64,000 nt of DNA from Microcoleus sp. (GCA_042408215.1 JAYFMW010000026.1:128001-192000), one strand, 5' to 3'; shown: positions 30,114 to 40,525, counted from the first letter of the stretch. A program made the numbers and translations. The notes: generated from the letters alone by a model not told the origin.

Positions 30114-33100
30114 ATGCTCAAAAACGATTCCTCCAAGTATTTGCCAACCTTAGATCAAGTAATTGACCTAACCCCCTTGACAGTTGCGCCCGATACCCCA
30201 CTAGCGGAAGTGATTACCCTGATGGGTCAACGACGGGGAAGTTGTCCTTTGGAAACAGAGGCTCCAACAACTATCTACCGCCAACTAACAGCAATCACAA
30301 CTCCCCTCACCTCAAGCGAACTTCGAGACGTCAGAGGTAGCTGCGTCTTTATCATCCAAAAATCTGCCTCAGCATCTGCTAAAAATGCTCAGTTGCAAGG
30401 CATATTTACAGAGAGGGATCTCGTCGATCTGATTGCGTCAGGCAAAAACTTAAAAGGTGTGAAAATCGCAGAGGTAATGAGTCAACCAACAACGACTCTC
30501 ACAAAATCTCAGGCTCAAGATATTTTCAGCGCCCTAATTCTGATCCGCCAACAAAAAATTCACCACTTACCAATATTAGACAATACAGGTCAACTCCTAG
30601 GAGTAATTACCCCCGAAAGCATTCGCCAAGCTATGCTGCAACCGGCCAATATCTTGAAAATGCGATCGGTGAAAGAAGTAATGACAACTCAAGTCATTCA
30701 AGCACCAGTTACAGCCTCAGTCATCAGCTTAGCCGAGTTGATGGCGAAACACCGCGTTAGCTGCGTGGTAATTACAGAAAAAACAGGCTCACTAATCAAT
30801 TCGCAATTCCCAATTCCCCTAGGCATCGTCACAGAACGAGATATTGTCGAATTTCAAGCTTTAGATATAGATTTGTCAAAAACGATCGCCCAAACAGTGA
30901 TGAGTACCCCCTTATTTAGTCTCAAGCCAGAAGACTCACTGTGGGTAGCTCATCAAGAAATGCAGCAGCGTTTAATCCGCAGGTTGGTAGTAACGGGTGT
31001 ACAGGGAGAACTCCTGGGAATAGTTACCCAAACCAGCTTGCTGGGCGTACTTGACCCGATGGAAATGTCCGGCATCATCGATGTTTTACACGCTTGTGTC
31101 GAAGCACAAACTAGCGAATTGCAAAAAGCGATCGCCTCCCTCAGCTTGACTAACGCCCGATTGGAAAGCGAAATTGCTACTCGCGAAGCGGCTGAGGCGA
31201 GGCTCCGTCTTTTAGAATCGGCTGTAGTTAACGCCAATGATGCGATCGTGATTATGGATGCGGGATCTACCGATATCTCCGACCCTACCATTATCTACGT
31301 CAACGAAGCTTTTACCCAAATGACGGGCTATCTTCCCGAAGAAATCGTCGGACAAACCCCTAGTTGTCTGCGCGGGCCAGACAGCGACAGCGCCCAAGTC
31401 GCCAAAATTCGCCGTGCTTTCTCTCGCCGCGAACCCCTGCGCTTGGAATTGATTAACTACCGCAAAGATGGTTCGACTTATTGGGTGGAACTTAACAGCG
31501 TACCTGTTGCTAATGAAGCCGACAAGCTTACCCACTGGGTATCTGTGCAGAGGGATATTAGCGATCGCAAGCTGATGGAACAAGCCTTTTTTCAGGAAAA
31601 AGAACTCGCTCAAGTTACTCTACAATCGATCGGCGACGCCGTAATCGCCACGGACGCTGGGGGCTACATTTCTACCCTCAACCCAGTTGCCGAAAAACTC
31701 ACAGGTTGGTTAACTTCGGAAGCTAAAGGTTTGCCCCTCGCCACCGTGTTGAACATAGTTGATGAAACGAACCGCACGCCGATCGAAAATATCGCTCAAA
31801 TCGCATTGTCCGAAGGATTGATCAGCGACGAAGGACAGAACAGTTTATTAATTGCCCGTAACAACCGTGAATTTGCGATCGATCATTGTGTCGCCCCCAT
31901 CCACTATCGCAACGGCGAAATCATCGGGGCTGTCGTTGTCTTTCGAGATGTTACCCAAGTGCGCACCCAAGCGCGCCAACTCACCTGGCAAGCCACCCAC
32001 GATGCCCTGACTCAATTAGTCAACCGCCGCGAATTTGAGTACCAGCTAGAACACGCCTTGCACAGCGCTCAAGGTTACGGCATAGAACACGTTATGCTTT
32101 ACCTGGATCTCGATCGCTTCAAAATAGTCAACGATACTTCTGGCCATATCGCCGGCGATGCCTTGCTACGACAAATCAGTCAGCTATTTAAAAGTATTAT
32201 TCGCAAAACAGATACTTTGGCACGTCTCGGCGGCGATGAATTTGCCGCCCTTCTATATAACTGTTCTCCTGAAGGCGGATTGGAAGTTGCCGAAGCGCTG
32301 CTGCAAGCCATTCGAGGGTTCCGCTTTGTCTGGGAAGATCAAACTTTTTCGATCGGCGTTAGCATCGGTTTGGTGGCAATTAATCCCCAGATAGCATCGG
32401 CATCTGCACTTTTGAGTGCAGCCGATATTGCTTGCTATGCTGCTAAACATAAAGGTCGCGATCGGGTGCAGGTTTATCAAGCGGGCGATCTAGAATTGGC
32501 CAAACAACACGGGGAACAAGAGTGGGTAGTGCAGATTAATCAAGCCCTAGAACATCATCGTTTTCGCTTGTATTCTCAGCCGATCGTACCTTTGCTCAAT
32601 TCTCACACCACCGCAGTACACTGCGAAATCCTGCTCCGCCTCCAACCCGAAAACGGTCAGTTGGTGTTGCCGATGGCCTTTATTCCAGCGGCGGAACGGT
32701 ACAATTTAATGTACGCGATCGACCGTTGGGTAATTCGCACTTTATTTAGCAATTTGTCAAAAATATTCACCACCAATTCATCAGCTAATTCATCGGTCTA
32801 CAACCCAGCCAGAGACAACGATATAAAAGATAGTATGTTATCGAATAAAGTTGCCTTGCCGGCTTTATCTCCCCAGCCTAATTCCCAAGCCTCAGTTACC
32901 AATAGTCCCAGCCTGTATTCTATCAACCTTTCTGGGGCTAGCATCAACGAAGAAAAGTTTATTGAGTTTATTTACGAACAGTTTTATACCTCTAAAATAC
33001 CACCGGAAATCATCTGCTTTGAAATTACAGAAACCGTGGCGATAGCTAATCTCAGCAAAGCAGCCAGCCTGATTGAAAAACTGAAGCAACTCGGCTGTAT

Positions 33101-33458
33101 GTTTGCCTTAGACGACTTTGGCAGCGGGATGTCTTCCTTTGCTTACTTGAAAAATTTGCCCGTTGATTTTATCAAAATAGATGGCAATTTTATTAAGAAC
33201 ATTGTTGATAATCCCATCGATATAGCTATGGTGGAAGCTATTACAAAAATTGCTCACGTCATGGGGATTAAAACCATTGCTGAGTATGTGGAAACTGCGG
33301 CAATTATGGATAAGTTGAATGAACTTAGGGTTGATTATGCTCAAGGTTATTATTTTGGCAAGCCTCAACCTTGTAATTTAGACTATCCTAATTTAGAGGG
33401 AAAATTGGGAGAGTTTTCCGTTAATTTGCTAGGTTTTGAAACACAACTTGCTTCTTAA
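30114..33458 (+). CDS. CBS-PAS-GGDEF-EAL c-di-GMP signalling protein
   Basis: Two CBS pairs (GIFTERD, GIVTERD), two PAS/PAC, RLGGDEF, EILLR, LDDFGSG; start moved to ATG 30114. Confidence 0.92.
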   Translation: MLKNDSSKYLPTLDQVIDLTPLTVAPDTPLAEVITLMGQRRGSCPLETEAPTTIYRQLTAITTPLTSSELRDVRGSCVFIIQKSASASAKNAQLQGIFTERDLVDLIASGKNLKGVKIAEVMSQPTTTLTKSQAQDIFSALILIRQQKIHHLPILDNTGQLLGVITPESIRQAMLQPANILKMRSVKEVMTTQVIQAPVTASVISLAELMAKHRVSCVVITEKTGSLINSQFPIPLGIVTERDIVEFQALDIDLSKTIAQTVMSTPLFSLKPEDSLWVAHQEMQQRLIRRLVVTGVQGELLGIVTQTSLLGVLDPMEMSGIIDVLHACVEAQTSELQKAIASLSLTNARLESEIATREAAEARLRLLESAVVNANDAIVIMDAGSTDISDPTIIYVNEAFTQMTGYLPEEIVGQTPSCLRGPDSDSAQVAKIRRAFSRREPLRLELINYRKDGSTYWVELNSVPVANEADKLTHWVSVQRDISDRKLMEQAFFQEKELAQVTLQSIGDAVIATDAGGYISTLNPVAEKLTGWLTSEAKGLPLATVLNIVDETNRTPIENIAQIALSEGLISDEGQNSLLIARNNREFAIDHCVAPIHYRNGEIIGAVVVFRDVTQVRTQARQLTWQATHDALTQLVNRREFEYQLEHALHSAQGYGIEHVMLYLDLDRFKIVNDTSGHIAGDALLRQISQLFKSIIRKTDTLARLGGDEFAALLYNCSPEGGLEVAEALLQAIRGFRFVWEDQTFSIGVSIGLVAINPQIASASALLSAADIACYAAKHKGRDRVQVYQAGDLELAKQHGEQEWVVQINQALEHHRFRLYSQPIVPLLNSHTTAVHCEILLRLQPENGQLVLPMAFIPAAERYNLMYAIDRWVIRTLFSNLSKIFTTNSSANSSVYNPARDNDIKDSMLSNKVALPALSPQPNSQASVTNSPSLYSINLSGASINEEKFIEFIYEQFYTSKIPPEIICFEITETVAIANLSKAASLIEKLKQLGCMFALDDFGSGMSSFAYLKNLPVDFIKIDGNFIKNIVDNPIDIAMVEAITKIAHVMGIKTIAEYVETAAIMDKLNELRVDYAQGYYFGKPQPCNLDYPNLEGKLGEFSVNLLGFETQLAS

Positions 33459-33663
33459 ATGGTTTTGCGTATACGACTTTAGTCCTGATGACTTCATCCA
33501 CGAAATTACGTCATCCGCAAGCGTTGCGAAGGATCTCTTATGGGCCCCAGATGCTTGCGCGTCCGGGTTCAGCATGACAGTTGACATGGTTTTGCGTATA
33601 CGACTTTACTCAGGATGACGTCATCCACGAAATTACGTCATCCTGAGTAAAGCGAAGGAGCTC
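33459..33663. repeat. Two ~78-bp direct repeats (period 127 bp) with REP-like GTCATCC...GCGAAGGA(T/G)CTC ends
   Basis: ATGGTTTTGCGTATACGACTTTA at 33459 and 33586. Confidence 0.8.
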
Positions 33664-33740
33664 AGGAGTTACTCCAAAAATGGTTTGATCCCCTATTGGT
33701 AGGGGTAAGGTGCTCCTCGGCGCACCCTACAAATGTTGAC

Positions 33741-33971
33741 CTACTTACGATCGCCATTTTCCGCAGCTTCAATATACTGGCTGTCTAAGAGAAAAGCACC
33801 TTTTGCAAAGCGAATGCCCCAATAGCCGGGACGCCGATCGAGTACAATACCGACCTCACCGATCGCAATTACATTAGCAGACCGCAGCATCGGCATCGGT
33901 TCGGCAGTTTTCACGTAGGGCGGCATCGCCACAACTCGAACTTTTTGACCGACAGTAAATTCTTTTTCCAT
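33741..33971 (-). CDS. sipA: NblS-interacting regulatory protein SipA (DUF3148)
   Basis: PPYVKTAEPMPMLR and W.IRF..GAFLLD motifs. Confidence 0.88.
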   Translation of the reverse strand: MEKEFTVGQKVRVVAMPPYVKTAEPMPMLRSANVIAIGEVGIVLDRRPGYWGIRFAKGAFLLDSQYIEAAENGDRK

Positions 33972-34187
33972 GACTTTTACTTCCTTGGCTTTAACTATAG
34001 CATCGCGGAATTGGCCCGATTAGATTAAAATCCAAGAGCCTAAAGCGCTGAGATTCTTCGCAACGCTCAGAATGACACACAGACTTAGACGATCGCCCGT
34101 AACACCCGATACCGATCGCGCTACAATTATCGATCGGGATAGAAACAGCCGATCGGTATGTTATAGAAGAGGTAGGGGATAATTGCT

Positions 34188-34625
34188 ATGGCTACAAGTC
34201 GTCGCATTGAGCGCGTAGCTTCAATGATTAAGCGGGAAGTCAGCCTGATGTTGCTCAACGGCATTAAGGACGATCGAGTCGGTGCAGGTATGGTTAGCGT
34301 TACCAATGTCGTTGTTGCAGGAGACCTTCAGCACGCAAAAATCTTTGTCAGCATCTACGGTAACGATCAGGCCAAGGCCGAAACTATGGAAGGCTTGAAA
34401 TCCGCTACCGGCTACGTCCGCAGCCAGTTGGGCCACCGCGTGCAACTCCGCCGCACCCCAGAAGTGCTATTTCTACAAGATGATTCTTTGGAACGTGGCG
34501 ATCAAATGCTGATCCTGCTGAACAAGCTTTCTCAAGAACGCAAACCGGGTCTTTTTGATGATGAAGAATTGACCGATGATGATCGAGATGACGAGGATGA
34601 TGATTTAGAAGCAGACGAGGATTAG
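34188..34625 (+). CDS. rbfA: 30S ribosome-binding factor A
   Basis: [34 protein letters not shown]. Confidence 0.96.
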   Translation: MATSRRIERVASMIKREVSLMLLNGIKDDRVGAGMVSVTNVVVAGDLQHAKIFVSIYGNDQAKAETMEGLKSATGYVRSQLGHRVQLRRTPEVLFLQDDSLERGDQMLILLNKLSQERKPGLFDDEELTDDDRDDEDDDLEADED

Positions 34626-34746
34626 TTTCCGAAGTCATTAGTTATTGGTTATTGGTTATTTGTTGTTTGCGATCAATGCCCAATTCCCGATGCCCCATTC
34701 CCCATTCCCCATTCCCCATTCCCCCATTACCAATTCCCCATTCCCC

Positions 34747-36513
34747 ATGATTGACAATCTTTCCTTACCAGAACTGGTCGCTCAAATGTTTGTGGTGCGC
34801 GCTTCTGGGTTCCTGTTCGACCACCAAATACGCTATCCCGCATGGGAACCAACGGCCGACAAACTCCGCTATTACGTGGAAAATCTGGGCGTTGGTGGTG
34901 TGATTTTGGCGGGGGGAAGTGCTGCGGAATTGGCAGTTCGATCGCACCAATTGCAGTCTTGGGCACAATGTTATCAAAGAGTTCCGCTGCTGTTGGCCGC
35001 TGATATTGAGGAAGGTGTTGGCCAACGGTTTGCGGGGGCGACTTGGTTCGGGCCACCGATGGCAATTGCTGAAATTGCTAGGAAAAATCCCGAGTTAGCC
35101 ACTCGCTATGCCGAACAAATGGGCTCTGTCACTGCGATCGAAGCTAGGGCGATCGGTCTAAATTGGGTGCTCGCCCCAGTAGTTGACGTTAACAACAATC
35201 CCGACAATCCCGTGATTAACGTCCGCGCTTTTGGCGAGACACCCGAAATTGTCGGCAAATTGGCTAGTGCTTTTATTCGGGGCGCTAGCGCACACCCGGT
35301 TTTGACTACAGCCAAGCATTTTCCCGGCCACGGCGACACCGCCGTTGATTCTCACTTGGAATTGCCGATTTTGCCACATTCGCCAACTCGATTGGCCCAG
35401 GTTGAGTTGCCTCCTTTCGTTGAGGCGATCGCCAATGGAGTCGATGCTGTAATGAGCGCCCACTTGCTGATTCCGGCTTGGGATGCCGAATTTCCGGCTA
35501 CTCTTTCTCGCAAAATTTTGATGGGGAAACTCCGCCAAGAGTTGGGATTTCAGGGTTTGATCGTGACGGATGCTTTGGTGATGGGCGCGATCGCCAATTT
35601 TGATCGAAGAGGGTATGGCGCTAATGAAGCTGCTGTTTTGGCCGCCGAGGCTGGTGCTGATGTTTTGCTGATGCCGCTTGACCCGGAAGGGGCGATTCTG
35701 GCTGTCTGCGATGCTGTCAATCGAGGGCGAATCGACATAGCACAAATCAAGGAATCTGTCAAGCGAATTTGGGCAGCAAAAGTCAAAGTTGGTTTGGCGA
35801 TTTCTGACCCCCCCCAACCCCCCAAGGCTGTTTCATTCTCAGACAAACCAGATCTTTGTAGGGGTAGTGCCCCCGTGCCTACCCCCCCCAGCAACGAGGG
35901 CAACCACGGGGGGATTGCCCCTACAGGCATTTGTGCGATCGGGAACCTGAGTTTGCTAGCTACAGCAGAGGCAAGAGCAACGGCGGCCGATATTTTGCGA
36001 GATTCGTTGAAATTTGGCGGCGAGCTACCTTTACAGCCGAAAAAACCCGACCAGAGCCAACTTTTGCGGAATTTGATTGTGGTGGACGATGTTTTGGGAT
36101 GTGAGTTTTTGGGAAATCACACTCCGGCGATCGCCCTGCCCTCACGGTTTGGTTACGAATTGCAACTAATTGACGATCGCACCAGTTCGATCGCTGACAA
36201 TACAAATGCAGAGCCGAGTTGTGATTTAGGAGTTAATTTAAGAAGACCGACATTGCTGCAAGTTTTCATTCGTGGCAATTGCTTCCGAGGTAGTGCTGGT
36301 TTGACCGAAGCAGCTCAAGATTGGTTTAAGCAATTATTAAAAACAGGAGAACTCCAAGCCGTGCTCATCTACGGCAGCCCCTACGTTTTAGACCAGTTTT
36401 TGCCGCACCTGCCTCCGACTATTCCCTATATATTTTGTTACGGGCAGATGCCGACAGCCCAGGCGATCGCCCTAGAATTGCTGTTTGGCATTGACAGAAT
36501 GGCTAATCCTTGA
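34747..36513 (+). CDS. GH3 glycoside hydrolase, NagZ-like beta-N-acetylglucosaminidase
   Basis: ADIEEG, APVVDV, KHFPGHGDTAVDSH, TDAL; start moved to ATG 34747. Confidence 0.88.
   Translation: MIDNLSLPELVAQMFVVRASGFLFDHQIRYPAWEPTADKLRYYVENLGVGGVILAGGSAAELAVRSHQLQSWAQCYQRVPLLLAADIEEGVGQRFAGATWFGPPMAIAEIARKNPELATRYAEQMGSVTAIEARAIGLNWVLAPVVDVNNNPDNPVINVRAFGETPEIVGKLASAFIRGASAHPVLTTAKHFPGHGDTAVDSHLELPILPHSPTRLAQVELPPFVEAIANGVDAVMSAHLLIPAWDAEFPATLSRKILMGKLRQELGFQGLIVTDALVMGAIANFDRRGYGANEAAVLAAEAGADVLLMPLDPEGAILAVCDAVNRGRIDIAQIKESVKRIWAAKVKVGLAISDPPQPPKAVSFSDKPDLCRGSAPVPTPPSNEGNHGGIAPTGICAIGNLSLLATAEARATAADILRDSLKFGGELPLQPKKPDQSQLLRNLIVVDDVLGCEFLGNHTPAIALPSRFGYELQLIDDRTSSIADNTNAEPSCDLGVNLRRPTLLQVFIRGNCFRGSAGLTEAAQDWFKQLLKTGELQAVLIYGSPYVLDQFLPHLPPTIPYIFCYGQMPTAQAIALELLFGIDRMANP
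35857..35925. repeat. 69-bp REP-like inverted repeat in frame within the GH3 gene
   Basis: TGTAGGGGTAGTGCCCCCGTG...CACGGGGGGATTGCCCCTACA. Confidence 0.8.
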
Positions 36514-36769
36514 GTTTGCCTACCCCTACGCATACTCTGTGATGCCCTCAAGTCTCGCCCAACCCTCGCCCAGGGCCCCCCTGTTGTTTGCGCCGTCGCG
36601 CGGCCAGAGCGCACTATTCCCCCCTCCCCATTATGAAAACTTTTATTAAGTAAAAGTTGAGCAAACAGTATATCCGTATACAGAAAAAAATTAATAGACG
36701 AATATGTAAATTTGAACTATATTATTACTAGGGCAATAAAATTTTTTAGCAAAACCTTGAGGGCGCATT

Positions 36770-37000
36770 ATGATTCACTCACCTATCAAAATCGCATACT
36801 CTTTAGATCTCATTCAGGATGAAGCACGCCATCTCGTCCACGAGGGCGTCTTGAGCCGGCAACAGCCGATCTACACGCTCTGCCAATTCATCCCGCCCCG
36901 CGAATGGGCTTGTGTTGAAGGAGAACTAGAAAAATGTGACTTCTTGCTGCGCGATCGCATTGCCGACCTGATCGGTTCTGAAGATTGGGACAATGACTAA
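36770..37000 (+). CDS. DUF4327 family protein
   Basis: YSLDLIQDEARHLV..G..SRQQPIYTLC...W..D. Confidence 0.85.
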   Translation: MIHSPIKIAYSLDLIQDEARHLVHEGVLSRQQPIYTLCQFIPPREWACVEGELEKCDFLLRDRIADLIGSEDWDND

Positions 37001-37152
37001 AGTTTGCCCTTCAAAACTCGATCGTTAATTGCCGATTGTGTTACTCACTGTCAAAAGTAGATGATATCAAAGAGGGTGTTTGCTGCCCATGCTGTTGACA
37101 GTAGAAGCTGCAACAAGTAGTGCAATCTAGATTTGAAATCTCTAACTTTGTG

Positions 37153-37200
37153 TCACCTTGCTCCTACTCGCACTCACTGTAGGATCGGGTGTTTTTTTTT
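37153..37200 (+). terminator. Probable intrinsic terminator
   Basis: CACC..TCCTAC/GTAGGA..GGTG stem followed by a T-run. Confidence 0.55.
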
Positions 37201-37258
37201 GCTGACTTTTTCCGGGAGTAGAAATTGTCAAATTAGCTCAGCAAAGACTCTCGATGCT

Positions 37259-37642
37259 TTAATCCTCGGAGTTTTCGGTACCCAATTTTTCCAACTGGGC
37301 CCTAAGCGCGGCCATGAGTTCCGTTAATTCTTGAATCTCTTCTAGCTGTGCGTCGGGTACAACCGACTCAGGGGGAGTACCTGCGGATGAATCCGATTGT
37401 TTTTCGGAGCCACATTCGCCCGGTTTAGAGAAAATAGTATCTACAAAATTCCGAGCTTCTCGATCGGTCATTTCTCCTTTTTCCAGCAATTCGTCAGCGA
37501 GGAGGCCTAAATCTGACTGCAATTTACCCAGATTTTCCGATCGCTTCACAGGATCTTGCAATGTTTCAATTAAAAATGACGTTGCGCCTAAAGTTAAGTG
37601 AAATCCTGTTTGCAGTATTTGAGGTAGTTTGTCGGAATTCAT
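37259..37642 (-). CDS. Conserved cyanobacterial coiled-coil protein (phasin-like)
   Basis: LQTGFHLTLGAT...EKGEMTDREARNFVD; family not firmly assigned. Confidence 0.6.
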   Translation of the reverse strand: MNSDKLPQILQTGFHLTLGATSFLIETLQDPVKRSENLGKLQSDLGLLADELLEKGEMTDREARNFVDTIFSKPGECGSEKQSDSSAGTPPESVVPDAQLEEIQELTELMAALRAQLEKLGTENSED

Positions 37643-37994
37643 TAAAAAATGCCCCTACAACGTTTTTCGGAGTTGTTGATTCAGGAGTTCCAGCAAGCGG
37701 GACGGGGCTGGCCAAATCCTAGGATAGATGCGAATCCGTCGATCGCGATCGCCCGAATCACGAAAAATACCTCTTTGGCGGGATGGCTTTCTGTTCAAAT
37801 CATATCAATCATACCATTACTTGCTAAATTGATCCATGTCAAGTATAAATTTTTGTTACAAAATCGCTCAATCTGGGATCTTCAGGTTAAGCACCGATTA
37901 AGCAGTCCTGGACGCACTAACAACCTAATTATGTCATTCTGAGGGTCGCGAAGAATCTCAAACCCTTGCAACATCATTACAATGCGTGCACCTA

Positions 37995-39128
37995 CTAAGG
38001 GTACAGTGCTTCGCCCGTGGAAGGATCAAATACAAATAGTTGATTAAAATCAAGCTGTACTGTTAGTCGATCGCCCGATCGCAAGCGAACACTCGCAGGT
38101 ATCAGCACCTGTACAGTAGTTTCTCCATCCAACAGCGGTAAACTCGCCCGGATTAAAGTCTCTCGCCCCAAGGGTTCCACAACTTTTACCTCTACTTCAA
38201 GAGGCACTTTTTCTAAGGCCCAAAGATCGCTGTTTAAATCATCATTTTCTGTCGTTGATTTGGGAAAAACTTCTATGTGTTCAGGACGAATTCCCAAATC
38301 AAATCCTTGTCCTTCTCTCGGCTGCAATTTTTTCTGAATAGACGGCGGACAAGCTAAACATTGATGTCCTACTTGAAAAGATCCGTTAGCATAAATTGTC
38401 GGCAAAATATTCATAGCCGGATTGCCTAAAAAAGTCGCAACCATCCGATTCGCTGGTTTAGCATAAATGCTATGAGGGTCTCCTATTTGTTGAATAACAC
38501 CGCGATTTAAAACAACAATTTTATCCGCTAAAGTCATCGCTTCCACTTGGTCGTGGGTGACATAAATTGTAGTAATTCCTAGCCGTTGATGGAGTAGTTT
38601 GAGTTCGGCTCTAGTGTCGTCTCGCAGTTGAGCATCGAGGTTAGAAAGCGGCTCGTCCAAGAGAAATACTTTGGGCTCGCGGACGATCGCCCTTCCCAAG
38701 GCCACCCGCTGCTGCTGTCCGCCTGATAGCTGTTTGGGCTTACGGTTGAGGAGGAGGTCGATCGAGAGCGATCGGGCTACAGTTTCCACTCGTTCTTGAA
38801 TTTTTGATTGCTCAACATTCCGCATCCGCAATCCAAAAGCCAGATTTTCTGCGACTGTCATATGCGGGTAAAGCGCATAATTTTGAAATACCATTGCGAC
38901 ATCCCGCTGTCGGGCCGGAATATTGTTAACTAAATTATCTCCAATATAAAGATTGCCGGAAGTTGCCGTTTCTAAACCTGCAATTGTCCGCATAATTGTA
39001 GATTTACCGCAACCGGATGGCCCTACTAATACCCAAAATTCGCCATCCGGGATTTTGAAACTAATGTTTTCGATCGCGGTGACGTTTTGGTAGCGTCTGG
39101 TAATATTTTCTAAACGAACGTTGGCCAT
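37995..39128 (-). CDS. Sugar ABC transporter ATP-binding protein (MalK family)
   Basis: GPSGCGKST, VFQNYALYPHM, LSGGQQQR, LLDEPLSNLDA, TOBE-like tail. Confidence 0.93.
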   Translation of the reverse strand: MANVRLENITRRYQNVTAIENISFKIPDGEFWVLVGPSGCGKSTIMRTIAGLETATSGNLYIGDNLVNNIPARQRDVAMVFQNYALYPHMTVAENLAFGLRMRNVEQSKIQERVETVARSLSIDLLLNRKPKQLSGGQQQRVALGRAIVREPKVFLLDEPLSNLDAQLRDDTRAELKLLHQRLGITTIYVTHDQVEAMTLADKIVVLNRGVIQQIGDPHSIYAKPANRMVATFLGNPAMNILPTIYANGSFQVGHQCLACPPSIQKKLQPREGQGFDLGIRPEHIEVFPKSTTENDDLNSDLWALEKVPLEVEVKVVEPLGRETLIRASLPLLDGETTVQVLIPASVRLRSGDRLTVQLDFNQLFVFDPSTGEALYP

Positions 39129-39175
39129 TTTTATTAGTTAGTAGTTACTGGTTATTAGTTATTTGTTAGTGGTTT

Positions 39176-39751
39176 TTACATTGGGTCTTGGGAAAGCTTG
39201 TCTAATTCTAAAACAGTGCGGTCTAATTCTTCAACGATCGGCGTTGATTCAGCTTGGCGGAATGCTTCTACTAAAGAACGATAATACCAGAGAGAACCTT
39301 CTTTGCCACCTTTGAAGCGTTCCCAAACAGTATCGCCTAATTGACGACAATCTTGGAGGATCGATCGGGCATTATAAAGTTTATCAGCAGCCGAGACTAA
39401 TCTGATGGAGTGAGAAGCCGTGAGAATGTGGGCGATGTAGGCTTCTTTTCGCTGCCGCCAAGGGGGTTTCGGCGTGATGTCGCTGTCTGTACAGCCGTCT
39501 ACAATAGCCGTCACTGTATCGCCAAAGCGTCGGCGAATGGCTTCGCGGATGGTGGGCCCGCCGCAATCTTCGATCGCATCGTGAAGCAAAGCTGCGATCG
39601 CCTCATCTTCCGAAGCCCCGTACTCTAAAGCTATACTAGCAGTGCCCAACAAATGGGCGATGTAAGGAACGCCAGAGCCCTTGCGGACTTGGGTAGCGTG
39701 TAATGAGGCGGCATAGATGAGAGCTTCCGAAAATCGGTTTGATAGTATCAT
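39176..39751 (-). CDS. Stand-alone HD-domain hydrolase (SpoT-HD/Mesh1-like)
   Basis: H.TQVRKGSGVPYIAH, ALLHDAIED, ADKLYNAR; start moved to ATG 39751. Confidence 0.85.
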   Translation of the reverse strand: MILSNRFSEALIYAASLHATQVRKGSGVPYIAHLLGTASIALEYGASEDEAIAALLHDAIEDCGGPTIREAIRRRFGDTVTAIVDGCTDSDITPKPPWRQRKEAYIAHILTASHSIRLVSAADKLYNARSILQDCRQLGDTVWERFKGGKEGSLWYYRSLVEAFRQAESTPIVEELDRTVLELDKLSQDPM

Positions 39752-39940
39752 TGAAGTTGAGTCTTTGTTGGGTAAAATTATTTTTTTCTCAATTGGCGAT
39801 CGTCTAGGGGCCGATCGATCGGGTAACTTTGATATCCCATCTACAATCGATCGCACAAAACCCGTCGCCCTCCCATGTAGCAAAATCCATCAGATTTAAA
39901 ACTCTTTCTCTTCCCCTTATCCAAAAGTGAGGTCATCACC

Positions 39941-40525
39941 ATGACAGCTACTCTAATCCTAACACCAACTCCTGAACAAGTACAAGACTCATCTGAGCAA
40001 ATACAACCCAAAAAAGTCACATCTCTCGAAGAATTTTTAGTCAAGCCTGCTGATAGAATGGAATGGGTTGATGGTAACTTAGTAGAGAAAACAGGAATGA
40101 CATTCAAACACGGTCTAGCTCAATCTAAATTATCTACATCCTGGAGAAATTACAAAAATTCCAGCGGACAGGGAGGAGAAGTTATTACAGAAGTCCTTTG
40201 TCGCACAGCCAAGCAGGGTCGCCGTCCCGATGTCGCTTACATTACTCCTGAACTGCTGCCACCAGGCAATTTTACAGCATTTTCCCAAAGTTTCCCACTC
40301 ATTGCGGAAATTGCGTCTCCCGAAGACAGTGCCGAAGAATTATTCGCGAAAGCTCAAGAATATTTAGAATCAGGTTGTTTAGAAGTCTGGCTGCTATTTC
40401 CTGAAGCGAGATTAATCTTTGTAAATGCAGGGAAAAACAGGCTTTTGTTTAATGCAGATGAAGTGGTTAACACTCAAACGGTACTTGCAGGTTTTAGCGT
40501 AGCCGTCAGTGAAATATTAGCATAA
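39941..40525 (+). CDS. Uma2 (DUF820) PD-(D/E)XK endonuclease-fold protein
   Basis: EWVDG, RRPDVAY, IAEIASP, YL..G..EVWL. Confidence 0.88.
   Translation: MTATLILTPTPEQVQDSSEQIQPKKVTSLEEFLVKPADRMEWVDGNLVEKTGMTFKHGLAQSKLSTSWRNYKNSSGQGGEVITEVLCRTAKQGRRPDVAYITPELLPPGNFTAFSQSFPLIAEIASPEDSAEELFAKAQEYLESGCLEVWLLFPEARLIFVNAGKNRLLFNADEVVNTQTVLAGFSVAVSEILA

Noticed and set aside
37649..37942. 97-aa ORF upstream of the phasin-like gene
   Set aside because: No recognisable motif; ends within a repeat element
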